Shown in pieces: positions 52,040 to 64,000 of a stretch of DNA of 64,000 bases; within the stretch, counting starts at the first letter, position 1; the number at the start of each line of letters is the position of its first letter. The position numbers and the translations under genes are program-made. The stretch is from assembly GCF_001194135.2 (NCBI RefSeq), contig NC_068983.1, forward strand, positions 26,982,344 to 27,046,343. Direction: 5' to 3'. The notes beneath the pieces are model-generated. The model had not been told where the DNA came from and ran no database searches. It saw only the letters and a list, made by a program, of their open reading frames with translations. This DNA is from Octopus bimaculoides (lineage: Eukaryota).

Positions 52040-52245
52040 AACGGGGTGCTGAAACGTTCGTGTGCTGGGGTAAAACAAAATACAGGATGATCATTTAATT
52101 ATGATTTTCTTCAACATATCCTCCTCTCAGATTTACATAGTCCTTCAGTTTTTCTAAGCCCTGTAAGAGAACCCGGAAGGTTGGGCCTCCAACCAGGCTT
52201 TTCGGTATACCCTTAAAGCTAGGAAATCGTTAACATACCCTAGTA
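52040..52245 (-). mobile_element. Mariner-derived MITE
   Basis: Imperfect TIRs 'ggggtgctgaaacgttc' and 'ggaaatcgttaacataccc'. The minus strand encodes 'TGLRKLKDYVNLRGGYVEE*', which resembles a mariner C-terminus. Confidence 0.6.
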
Positions 52246-52764
52246 TTTTTCAGACAAGGTCTGCTTATAATTGCACTGTGGGGTCTTCTGTATCTCTTAT
52301 TGTCTTCCTTTTTATTTATTTTTGTGCGGTTAAGAGGCGTCCTTTAAGCATCCCAGAGTGAGACGCTTTCTTTTAACACCAAGGATAATGCCAGAGCATT
52401 ATATTTCAAATCTGTCACAATCTGGTGCTTATTAGCATTGCAGTGCTACAATGTTGATACAACACTGATTTCTTAATGTAAAATCCATGCTAAAATCTAA
52501 TTTATGTGAGAATGGCTCAATCCATTTTTAAGGGGATTATCATTAGTTTTAATGAAAAGTCTAAAAAATTATAAAATCAGTACTGAAATTCTAACTCCAA
52601 TTTAAATTTAGTCCAGCCGTTTTTTCTTTTTTCTTTTTATTTTCGGCCACGAATTACTGTACATATATTTTTTTAAAAAGTGCACGTATATAAAAATTAT
52701 ACACTGTATTATCATATAAACACAGGACCATCCTACGTAGAAAGGGTACTCTTACACAAGCAAA

Positions 52765-52804
<40 letters not shown>

Positions 52805-52957
52805 AAGGCTCACATGCACACATTCATATATGTAAATACATATTCGTATGTTTGTATATATGTGTGTGCTTGCGCCCGCGTGCATGTGTGTGTGCCTCTA
52901 CGTATACATGAAATGACAGGGTGCTTACCCCAACTAAAAGTTCAGGCTTCTCAGGAC

Positions 52958-53550
52958 ACCACCACCATTACCGCCACCNNNNNNNNNNNNNNNNNNNNNN
53001 NNNNNNNNNNNNNNNNNNNNNNNNNNNNNNNNNNNNNNNNNNNNNNNNNNNNNNNNNNNNNNNNNNNNNNNNNNNNNNNNNNNNNNNNNNNNNNNNNNNN
53101 NNNNNNNNNNNNNNNNNNNNNNNNNNNNNNNNNNNNNNNNNNNNNNNNNNNNNNNNNNNNNNNNNNNNNNNNNNNNNNNNNNNNNNNNNNNNNNNNNNNN
53201 NNNNNNNNNNNNNNNNNNNNNNNNNNNNNNNNNNNNNNNNNNNNNNNNNNNNNNNNNNNNNNNNNNNNNNNNNNNNNNNNNNNNNNNNNNNNNNNNNNNN
53301 NNNNNNNNNNNNNNNNNNNNNNNNNNNNNNNNNNNNNNNNNNNNNNNNNNNNNNNNNNNNNNNNNNNNNNNNNNNNNNNNNNNNNNNNNNNNNNNNNNNN
53401 NNNNNNNNNNNNNNNNNNNNNNNNNNNNNNNNNNNNNNNNNNNNNNNNNNNNNNNNNNNNNNNNNNNNNNNNNNNNNNNNNNNNNNNNNNNNNNNNNNNN
53501 NNNNNNNNNNNNNNNNNNNNNNNNNNNNNNNNAGTGGTGGTGGTGGCAGT

Positions 53551-53581
<31 letters not shown>

Positions 53582-53638
53582 GTGGCGTAAGTGGTGGTAG
53601 CGGCGGCGGCAGCAGCAGCAGCAGTAGCCGTACTAGTG

Positions 53639-53674
<36 letters not shown>

Positions 53675-53675
53675 A
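52958..53675. repeat. GC-rich trinucleotide tracts, (CCA/CCG)n and (GGT/GGC/AGC/AGT)n, flanking a gap
   Basis: Directly visible on both sides of the N run 52979-53532. Confidence 0.9.
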
Positions 53676-55522
53676 TAGATCATTTGTCATTGTTCATTTC
53701 CCTTCACCACGAACAATTGTTTCCTACTTCATTTCTTGATTTAACCAACCATAAAATTGCATCAATATTTATGCTCCGCTATACTGCATATGCTTAATTC
53801 CAAGTACTATATCCCCGTGGTCATTTAATCAGATTTATGACAAAATCGATAAATAAAGGAGTGTTTTATTCTAATAATATACTTGCAACACCACAGAGTG
53901 GTGATGAGTTTGGACACAGAAGCGTTTGGCATAAGACGTTCATTTTGATTTTTATCAATTTACTATTTATACACAGGCATGAACTTTGAATAAATTCATT
54001 TGCTTACGTAAATATGAATGCTATTTCGTATGTGATATTGTTAAGTAGCAATCCAATACCACGAGGTGACTTATCCTCTTTTCGTCATATGTGTGATATC
54101 ATGAGATACAAAAAGTGGGTCGCTAACCCCTCAAAAACTAGCGCCTATTCATGGGCCAAAGACAGAGCACTTACTTAAAAGAAATAAGGAATTTCCTTTT
54201 CGAAAATGATATGCTGCAATTTGAGAAAATATATCCGATGTATTTAGTAAAATAAAAATCATCGTAGAGATTCAACCGTTGTCGTCTGCTAATCTTCTTT
54301 TAACTATAATCTACCAAACAGCAAAATCCGCGACATGGTTTCAATACACGGTTGCATACACTCACATTCTAGTTTTACTGCTAACGATATTTGTGTTTCG
54401 CACTTGTTCCTTATTTGTATTTTGCTTTCGTGTTTATAGAGCCTATTTACCAAACTACATTTTTAAATGTATGTGTAATATTTCGATGGTCTAGAACATG
54501 AATGCATATAGAGTAAATACGATTATAATTACTGCTCATGATATAAATCTGGACCCATATCATGCTAACTTGCATTTTTAATTGATTAGGAAATGTAATC
54601 ACTTCAGTTACATCAAAGTTCATATATAGGTGTTGGATGACATATAATGTTCAATATTGTACAATATTGTGCAAATATATCAAAGCATAAAAATCTTACA
54701 GCGTTATATTTGCATATATATATATATATATATANNNNNNNNNNNNNNNNNNNNNNNNNNNNNNNNNNNNNNNNNNNNNNNNNNNNNNNNNNNNNNNNNN
54801 NNNNNNNNNNNNNNNNNNNNNNNNNNNNNNNNNNNNNNNNNNNNNNNNNNNNNNNNNNNNNNNNNNNNNNNNNNNNNNNNNNNNNNNNNNNNNNNNNNNN
54901 NNNNNNNNNNNNNNNNNNNNNNNNNNNNNNNNNNNNNNNNNNNNNNNNNNNNNNNNNNNNNNNNNNNNNNNNNNNNNNNNNNNNNNNNNNNNNNNNNNNN
55001 NNNNNNNNNNNNNNNNNNNNNNNNNNNNNNNNNNNNNNNNNNNNNNNNNNNNNNNNNNNNNNNNNNNNNNNNNNNNNNNNNNNNNNNNNNNNNNNNNNNN
55101 NNNNNNNNNNNNNNNNNNNNNNNNNNNNNNNNNNNNNNNNNNNNNNNNNNNNNNNNNNNNNNNNNNNNNNNNNNNNNNNNNNNNNNNNNNNNNNNNNNNN
55201 NNNNNNNNNNNNNNNNNNNNNNNNNNNNNNNNNNNNNNNNNNNNNNNNNNNNNNNNNNNNNNNNNNNNNNNNNNNNNNNNNNNNNNNNNNNNNNNNNNNN
55301 NNNNNNNNNNNNNNNNNNNNNNNNNNNNNNNNNNNNNNNNNNNNNNNNNNNNNNNNNNNNNNNNNNNNNNNNNNNNNNNNNNNNNNNNNNNNNNNNNNNN
55401 NNNNNNNNNNNNNNNNNNNNNNNNNNNNNNNNNNNNNNNNNNNNNNNNNNNNNNNNNNNNNNNNNNNNNNNNNNNNNNNNNNNNNNNNNNNNNNNNNNNN
55501 NNNNNNNNNNNNNNATATATAA

Positions 55523-55876
55523 GGCCTGAAATTTACACCTACCCCAACAGTCAACCACCATGAACTAAAGGAAGATATCCAGAAATTCTGTCGCAAATTA
55601 CGACTTGTCGAATTCTTCACCACCAATATTAATAATAAAAATAATAATGAAACCGAAGATTCTTTAGTGAGGAATAAATGAAATTTCACTCCACCAAGAG
55701 GCAGAAATATCTACCTTGACCAATATATTGACACCCTATCAAACTTCCCCCTAAAACAAAATACTAAAGTTAGGCAGAACATTAACAAATCAGAGATATC
55801 TGCACTTAAACGCATACAAAACGATGAAATAATAATAATTAAACAAGCAGATAAAGGGGGTGCAATCGTTATCATG
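55523..55876 (+). mobile_element. Penelope-like element (PLE6): N-terminal domain to the start of RT
   Basis: 'GLKFTPTP...DIQKFCRKLRLVEFF...SLVRNK*NFTPPRGRNIYLDQYID...NINKSEISALKRIQNDEIIIIKQADKGGAIVIM*'. Confidence 0.92.
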
Positions 55877-56599
55877 TGACCTTTGAGATTATATCTCAAA
55901 GCTCTTTTTGATTCACCTGGACACATTAGCTTTCTCATGTTTTAAATTACTCTCTCCAGGTTGACCAAATCCTTAGCGCTTTGGAGCTCCGGGTTGTGTA
56001 GTTACCAGTTCTCCACGTCACATTTTCTAATGACGTACAGCTAACTAGCACACACCATGATCTTCCTCTCACTGACAACTGCGATGCCCTAGTTCTTGTC
56101 CTCCCGCCAATACAGTAACTACAAGTTTGAAAGTTCTAAATCAAGCAACCTGCTTGGTGATTGCTTATTTATAGTGAATATGTTTAAATATATCTGTAAA
56201 AGCACACATAAGTCATATTAAAATATGCCATTTATACAAAGTACATCGAAATGCAGACTAGGCATATTAATCTGTAAAATAGCACATGATAAATTACATA
56301 AATGTTAGAAATTGTATCTACAATAATAGTACACGAGACATTTTTGTCTCTTCTCTCATATGTATGAACTATGAGGCTCCCAAACTTTATATGATAATTC
56401 GATGAGAAAAGTAATCATTAGTTTATAAATAATAGAAACATTTTATTCTGAAATGTTTGATAGTTTTGCATATTTGTTATTTCAGACACAAGTGAGAATT
56501 TGTTTTTTTCTAAAATGGAAATCTAATGTTAGAAATACGATTTACACTGATGTTTATTATGATTTTGCCTTTGGAACATCTATAAACACCTGCCTCTTC

Positions 56600-56649
<50 letters not shown>

Positions 56650-56998
56650 NNNNNNNNNNNNNNNNNNNNNNNNNNNNNNNNNNNNNNNNNNNNNNNNNNN
56701 NNNNNNNNNNNNNNNNNNNNNNNNNNNNNNNNNNNNNNNNNNNNNNNNNNNNNNNNNNNNNNNNNNNNNNNNNNNNNNNNNNNNNNNNNNNNNNNNNNNN
56801 NNNNNNNNNNNNNNNNNNNNNNNNNNNNNNNNNNNNNNNNNNNNNNNNNNNNNNNNNNNNNNNNNNNNNNNNNNNNNNNNNNNNNNNNNNNNNNNNNNNN
56901 NNNNNNNNNNNNNNNNNNNNNNNNNNNNNNNNNNNNNNNNNNNNNNNNNNNNNNNNNNNNNNNNNNNNNNNNNNNNNNNNNNNNNNNNNNNNNNNNNN

Positions 56999-57044
<46 letters not shown>

Positions 57045-57669
57045 TCGATTATATAATGAAATTATTAAATATAATAGGATAGGAAATTTTGTTATTTATG
57101 TCTTGCAGCTGTTGACTTACTCCAACCGTGTATACTATTTAAGATAAGGTATAATTTAATAGTTTTCTTGCAAAATGACATATTTTTTTGAACGTTTTTC
57201 TTTGTAAATGACAGACAGTATTTTGCGTTTTCAGTCTTAATAAGTTACAAGGTTTATCTATAATAAAATCTACATTAATACTGCAAGGAATAACACGTAT
57301 ATGAAATACTGTATTGCAGTACGAAATGCCAAGTTGTCGCATTTATTCGAATTCTAATCATAACCTACATGTTTTTAAAATTAATTTGTTCTGGTAGAAA
57401 AGTCTATGTGTAAGTCTATGGAGTCTTAACAATCTCTAGAGTTCTGTAAGTGTGATGTCGGGCAAGTAATGCCGTTGAAAATGTTGTAGTGCTGGAAAAA
57501 ATGTGTCCTAAACAACCACCAGAGTATATAAATTGAAAGGCAGAAAGGAATGAACCTAGCTGTTAATGAAGCGGATGGTGGTCGTAGACACATTCTGGAT
57601 AGCGAAGTCAGTAACACTGGAATGAAGGTAACGTAAAACTAGTCAGCTATGAGCACCTAAATTTATTGA

Positions 57670-57990
57670 AGGTCCGTGCCACACAAAGTAATCTGCGAGA
57701 TTAAAATAGAGTTGATAAGCAGGCCAGAAAATGATGCTTAAGTCGGAGAAATTCTCAGACAAAAACTTCTATTTCGAGAGCTATGGCAAAGAGCTGAATA
57801 CTGCTTCTACAAATATAGCGTTTCACTAGTACTCCTCTCCAACAATGGATTCACCACAGTCTCCAGCAGCTTCATATAGTCGTCTGAATTGAAGGTAAGA
57901 TTCTGTTCATCAGTTGTTCGATAAACTTCGGCGTGCGGACGCCATTAGAACGTCTGCTGTGTCCCTTCCCAGAGTGTACATTCACATTCT
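57670..57990 (-). mobile_element. Tc1/mariner (maT/DD37D-like) transposase C-terminal fragment
   Basis: 'FNSDDYMKLLETVVNPLLER...KQYSALCHSSR', then after a frameshift 'FLSENFSD...FWP...NLADYFVW'. Confidence 0.75.
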
Positions 57991-59274
57991 TCGTTGCAGC
58001 TATCCATACCACGTTCTACAGCCTTTACGGTGTTCACAGAGAAGTCATGATGTCTACATTTCGACACCCGGTTTGCATAATCATGACACAAATAACTCCT
58101 TTCTAATATTCAGATGACTTCCAGTATTCATATCAGCTAAATATTGCTCAACTTCAGATTTAATGTCTATGATCTCCGGTGCCATTAGCTATTCACCAAT
58201 ACATCAAGCTATTCTTGAAAAAAAAGGGAGATAAAATATCGTGAAACCTAGCCCCAACATCCTATTGTTAGATACTGTATTGACTGTGTATGCATGTAAA
58301 AGTAGTACTGTCTGATGTGTGGAGCAGTGACTATTGAAAAGTCTATGATTCCCTTGAGATTTGAATAGGTTAGTAGTTGCTGTGAGTTTTAGTGTTATTT
58401 AGACCATTATAAATGTTCGTTGGTCAGTGGAGTTGTTGAGTGATACCGAAGCTTTGTACTAAAAGTAACTGTATTTTCTCGTTGTGTAGCTTTTGTATAT
58501 ATATATGGACAACGAGAAGTTCTATTTGTTTTTAAGAGTAATGATTATGTATTTTGTTTGTTGATTGAAACCAAATGTGCAAATGAAGTCAACGTAGATG
58601 TTACTTGATTTGTCTAGGTTACTATTGGAGAATACATAGATGTGAAAGATCAGGCAAGGAAGAAGAGCGGAATTATCTAATGTGGAAATTGATGTCAAGT
58701 AAGCCATTGGTGTTTCGGAAGAAGTGTGTGATGGACAAAACTAAACGTTGGGACACACCAGAGCTCTTTAGCTGTCGGTTACAAAGATTTCCTTTCCTGT
58801 ACGCACACAGTAATGCAATAAGAGTTGAAATCGCTGATGCAAGAGTTGAAATACGAATAAAGATGTGCAGTTTTCATGATTTTTTTTTTTTACATCGAAT
58901 TGTTTATCGCATTGAATTTCAGGTTCAAGCACAGTCGTCTAACAATTCCATGAACATATTTTTACTTCTACACAAAACTATACCATGGCGCGACCGTCTT
59001 GCACCTATTGGCTCTTTCGATCACTTCCTCATTGTAACTGCCTGGCATACCTGTTATACAGCAACCCCTTCCTGCAGTACCCTATGTTACTTTAAGTCCG
59101 CTGATCATCCAGTGTTCTGCCGTGTTTACGTTACATATCCCAGGAAGAAGCGGGGGGGCCCTCACTCCTCATTTATCAGAAACATCTAGTCAGGTAGGTG
59201 AAAGCACTCTTCCAGGCATACCCCTTCAAAACAAACACGAGAAAATTACAACACCCCATGACCTAAAAATAATT

Positions 59275-59515
59275 TACTTATAGATACGTTAAAGGTGTTT
59301 CAGCTGAAAAGAAAACCAATAATGCCCAAAGAATCTCACCCAAATCAGCTGCACAATGATCATTGGGACATTATTTGACAGCTCACTTTCTATCCTAAGC
59401 TCCATCAACTCTGGCATTCCTCTGTGACCACTTTGTCCTCAAATCGCATACTTCTGTACATTTTAGCGCTTTATTTCTATGCTTATGCAGACAACTCAAA
59501 CCTGCAGTTCTCTGT
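59275..59515 (+). mobile_element. Decayed CR1/L2/Jockey-group LINE reverse transcriptase fragment
   Basis: 'IDTLKVF' (like LD..KAFD), 'SSLS...INSGIPL*' (like GVPQGS) and 'LLYI...YAYADN' (like YADD, 59484-59495) occur in RT order. Confidence 0.55.
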
Positions 59516-61234
59516 AATTTTGCTGCGGAAATGTTTAAGAGAAAACAATTCGATGGAGGTAGATAATATCATTCTTCTTGTCTATGTATACGTACATGCA
59601 TATACACAGTATAGTATTCGCTTGATTAAAAACACTTAAAGTTGATGTTTCAGCCTAACAGCACCACCAAACACCAATTACTGAAGTCATAAATAGGATA
59701 AAAGAATAAATTATATCAATGAATAATCAACAAATCTTTGAACAGTATAAATTGTTATGTGCTACTAAAATCCGGATTAAAAACAATTACTTTCAAATGT
59801 AAGTGATATATTATTTCCTAAATTTCAAAGAAATACATTTTATATTCACATGATATTAAACTGGACAAAACACACACTTCCTATGATATAATTTGTCAAA
59901 GACATCGAATGAAGCAAATCAAAGCGGTAAATCAAATAACTTGTTTTACTCTTCCTGAAAGATATATATTCTAGAAAATTATCCTCCTTAGAACTTTTGC
60001 GCATATAAATTACTTTTCAAATCTCATTGTAATAGTATAACACGTTATATTCGGCTAAATGATCTATTACTACTATCAAAACTTTTGTTCCCATTGACAC
60101 TACCTGTCAATGACTGAATTTAAATAAATAGAAAATTTATTTTAAATCGTGGTCTCCTCGTATACTTCTCTTCTCCTCGTATGCCCCTCTTCTCCTCGTC
60201 TTCAGGGTCAAATAATTATGCACCATGGTGGTTTCTTGATGCCACTCCCTACAAACAACAATTTTCAATAAACTAAAAGGAGGACGCGATTCACGATTTG
60301 CATTAGGATAAAGGACAGTTAAAGTTCTCCCTTCCTACTGTCATATCTAACTCTGTAGTTTGATGCGCCTACGCCCTCAGTATTCTTCTAATGTTAGTGT
60401 TGTCCTATTACCAATACATTTTCTCGCTTTATAAATTATTAATCAATCATAGTTATATATAAATTTGAGGTTATACAATAAAGCTAGTAGGGTGTATTTT
60501 GAAGAAAAATTAAGAGTGGACGAGAAAGGAAAATAATATCTAAATTTGTGAAACAATGCGTCATCACCAAAACACAATATTATGATCTAATCTTCATTGG
60601 TTAGGACAGCTTTGCTTCATTTCTAATACTTAATCTACGTTATGGATCATGGTTTTCGTATTTAATTTTTTTTTTTCTGTTCAATATAATTAACAATCAG
60701 TATATCTCGTTAAATATATATTCCTGTGTGAACTGCTCTGGCTGATTTATATTATTTTCGGAAAAACAAATCAATTGTTATAACTTCGGTAGTTTCATCC
60801 GCAGTTATTCATCATTTAAATACATAAGTGACGTAAGGTGAATGTTTGCTTAATTTGTAAGCAACTTTATTGAAAAAAGTATTGAGTTGATTATATCTAT
60901 TATCGCTGCAAGCAATTCGTTTTCCAGTATCTGTAAAGAAAATATGTAGCTAAATTACTACAGCCTAAAATAAGAACTGTCCATTTAATCCTTGAAATGC
61001 TCAAAGTGTTAATTTGTTGTATTTTAAATTAATATTTACACTTGCGTAAGCATTGCCATCAATTTCTTGAATGGGTCATGACCTCTAGAAAATTATTTCA
61101 GCATCATTTATCTAATGTAATTCTACTTCACTTGAATCTTCATTATATTCAATAAATAAATCAGTAAATACATGAATGAATAAATAAAACAATATAAGTT
61201 TATGCAGAAGTTGTTTCTAATCCATCTTGAATGC

Positions 61235-61672
61235 ATTCTTTTATCTTTTACTTGTATTTATCATTCGACTGTGGCCATGCTGGTGCAATATCTTGACAAA
61301 TTTTCTGTGGAATGAATCGACCCTGGCACTTATCTTTTAAAAGCATGGTAGTTTTACCATTAGTCTGTTCTGCAGAAACGCTAGATTACGGGGATGTAAA
61401 CACACAAGTACCGGCTGGCAAGTGGTGCATGTGAGAGGCAAGCGCAGAGGCAAAGACACACTAACTCACACACACGCATGCATATATATACACACACACA
61501 CATATGTATATACAACACGTTTCTTTCAATTTTTACCTGTCAAATCGTTTTACAAAGCTTTGATCGGTCCGTGAGTATCGTAGAAGACATTCCCAAGTTG
61601 CCACGAAATGGGACTGAAACCGGAGCCATGTTTCTGGGAAGCAAGCCTCTTAGCCAACAGCAACGCTTGTGC
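61235..61672 (-). mobile_element. SINE family A, full length, decayed
   Basis: Reverse-complement alignment with 48838-49290 across the head, core, internal CA repeat and 3' 'gcatggccacagtcgaatga'. Confidence 0.85.
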
Positions 61673-62399
61673 GTGTGATCGTAGTTTTTTTTTAAATATT
61701 TGGTAGTAAAGTGCAGATTAAAATGAACATTTGAATGTTTATGACCTCTATCAACATCAATGAGAACTGAACGAATGAGGAAGCCTTTACGAACTTCCGA
61801 CTCGCTAGGAATTACAGTCGCAACATCGTTATATTATGCATCCAGTCCTGTAAAATCAAACAGAAAAAGGAGTGGTAAGATATATGTAGTGAATCTTTAA
61901 AATTTTCGAAATATATTTCAAAATGGAATGATTACTGTTGGATCGTAGATCTTTTGAATTGGGACTGACTGTGAATACACCAGTATAACAAGAACAACAA
62001 CAGCAGCAGCAGCAAAGACAATAACAGCCTCAGATGATATACATGGGAAGAAAGGAGAAGAAAAACCAAAGGAAAACAATGCATGTTGCAGAAGGCATGT
62101 TATTTTTTTTTCCAATGTACCAAATAGAAAGGAATGTAAAGATGGTAAAGTAAAGTAATAAGAAGAAGACATTGGAAATTAGAAATATCAGTCGACTCAA
62201 TCGTAAGAAATTATATGAACCGCTAAGTTAAGCGAAAAATTGTGTTTGAGAATCCGGAACTGCGTTGCAGATTGGGAATTCCATGAGTTTTTCTTTGTTG
62301 TACTGTGCATGTATGAATGATAACCATGTTCATGTTATCAGAATATTACACTGATTCCTCTGATGAAAGCCTACGACAGCGACCACGTATAGTCGTGGT

Positions 62400-62625
62400 A
62401 GGGATGATGATGAGGAGGAGGAGGAGGAGGAGAAAGAGGAGGAAGTGGAGGAGGATGATGATGATGACTCCGATGACATTCACAATAGCAACCACAACGG
62501 TGGTGGTGATGACATTGTGGTCGTTGACTACATTGATCACGTGGCGATTGCGACGATAACGATGGCGGTGATGAAGAAGAAGAGAAGAAGGAGGAAGGAT
62601 GTCAATGATGATAACATACGGGAAG
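62400..62625. repeat. Compound (GAT)/(GAG)/(GGT)/(GAA) trinucleotide low-complexity tract
   Basis: Directly visible; it explains the acidic and poly-R ORFs in the track. Confidence 0.9.
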
Positions 62626-64000
62626 GAATTGGACGAACATGTTAACATGATTGACACAATGATGTGTTATCGATGAAAATGCGAAAAACTGGAATAACTA
62701 AACTCTTAAAATAGTTTTAGCGTTTTAGTAACCCTCAAGTCAACAATTCTATATCAGCTCAAGAATCCATTTTCTCTTTTTCTACCCTTAGATCTATAGT
62801 ATTAAATACGTCCTACTATTTTAACGCAGTGACTATACAATTTGGAAGAAACTGAGGTGCTATTTAAAGTGAATGCACCGAACGTGTAGAGGCCCGGCTG
62901 AAGGTAACAATCATAAAGAATATATAGCATTATGCATATGGTTATTAGGTTAAAGGCAGATGTAACACGGTTTAGACTATCATCAGAATTCAGAATGTTA
63001 CGGAAAATATTTCTTTTCAAATAGAGCGTAACAAAACATAAGTTCGAATAGTGCGAAATTCGGACTCAGGACCTAAAGTTATGTAGCTGAATAAGGGAAG
63101 ATATTTAGCTTTAAATATCTATGCAATGATATCTATGCAATCATTTCTAAATAGAACTTTAGATATCTATGCAATATTTAGCCTTAGATATCTATGCAAA
63201 CAAAATTGTCTTGCGTTCAGCAGGAGAGAAACGGTTAGTAAAACCTATCCGAGCAACAATAACAGTAGAGATGGTCAGAATATGTCCATAAATATTCCCA
63301 TGCATTTCTTCCTTACGCTATGAATTGCTTCGGACGTTCTTACGAAGCCTGCTGTATGTATTGTCAAGGCGATCCACAAAACTCTTTCCGAAATAGAAGG
63401 TTTCGGTTCGAAACAGGTGAATGCTTTCTACATACGCCCCGAAGAAGATCTACCATTCGCTTTGAAATAGCAAATCATCAGATGTAAAACGTTTAGATAA
63501 ATATGTTTTGTTTTCTATAAATCATTTACAATTATGCCGTTATAGTGTTACACACACTAAACAATAATTGAAGAGAGAAGATATACGCACTCATGTCTAA
63601 AAGTATTTTGTAACACGGTGTAATTAGCCTGACATGGCTTTTACAACCACTGGAAGCAGTGTGAGTTAATAATTCACTAATAATCAGTCAATTCTCTATT
63701 CCACAGTGGCGATGCGTCAAAGAATTTGTTTTTCATTTAAAGAAGTATTATTACTCCGCTACTATCAAATCTAGTCTGACAAGGAACAGTGACCAGGTCA
63801 TTATTGATTAGTAAATGAGAATGAAACTTTTTGCTTCGATTCTAATCAACAGCAGCCACAAATTCTCTAATGGGTTTTTTTTATATCAAGGCTGCCTAAA
63901 TATTGAAACGATTGCATGTGTTATTTAAACATTCATAAATGGTTAACTGAGATTTGTAGTGATTTATGTATCTAAATACTTGAATGATCTGCCTTGAAAG

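Noticed and set aside
58230-58720. Possible LINE APE endonuclease remnant on the minus strand
   Set aside because: Only vague residue patterns with many stops, and no diagnostic motif could be read.
60150-60210. Minus-strand CCCUGAAGAC followed by three tctcctcgt-type repeats
   Set aside because: This is a local tandem duplication with no GAAA or HHR stems.
62355-62402. ctgatga plus the hairpin ccacg-tatagt-cgtgg
   Set aside because: It lacks GAAA and stem I pairing, and sits at the edge of a triplet tract.

Overview
This is AT-rich, microsatellite-dense eukaryotic DNA with 13 assembly gaps (about 6.7 kb of N, most bounded by (TA)n). The two tRNA-headed SINE families and the (CA/TA/GA/GATA/AAT)n load resemble, from memory, an Octopus-type cephalopod genome; this is an inference, not a database result. 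I found no recognisable host protein-coding gene, rRNA, true tRNA gene or CRISPR array. The long ORFs in the track are artefacts of Ns and microsatellites. The window is a transposon graveyard containing at least six distinct Penelope-like element (PLE) remnants (RT and/or GIY-YIG), a HERO-like RLE LINE, an L1/Tx1-like ORF1 5' end, a CR1/L2-like RT scrap, several Tc1/mariner fragments and MITEs, a Helitron-like 3' end and many SINEs. The most interesting signals are RNA-level. There are minimal type I hammerhead ribozyme (HHR) motifs at PLE 3' ends: one with a compensatory U3:A8 core (21192-21245), and a decayed pair in inverted orientation (22501-22556 and 23721-23767) that sits at the inversion junction of a PLE. 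A short non-coding module is shared by different PLE loci. A few exon-like segments with strong splice signals suggest, weakly, that the window may be intronic. All family assignments come from manual translation and motif recognition, and element boundaries are approximate.
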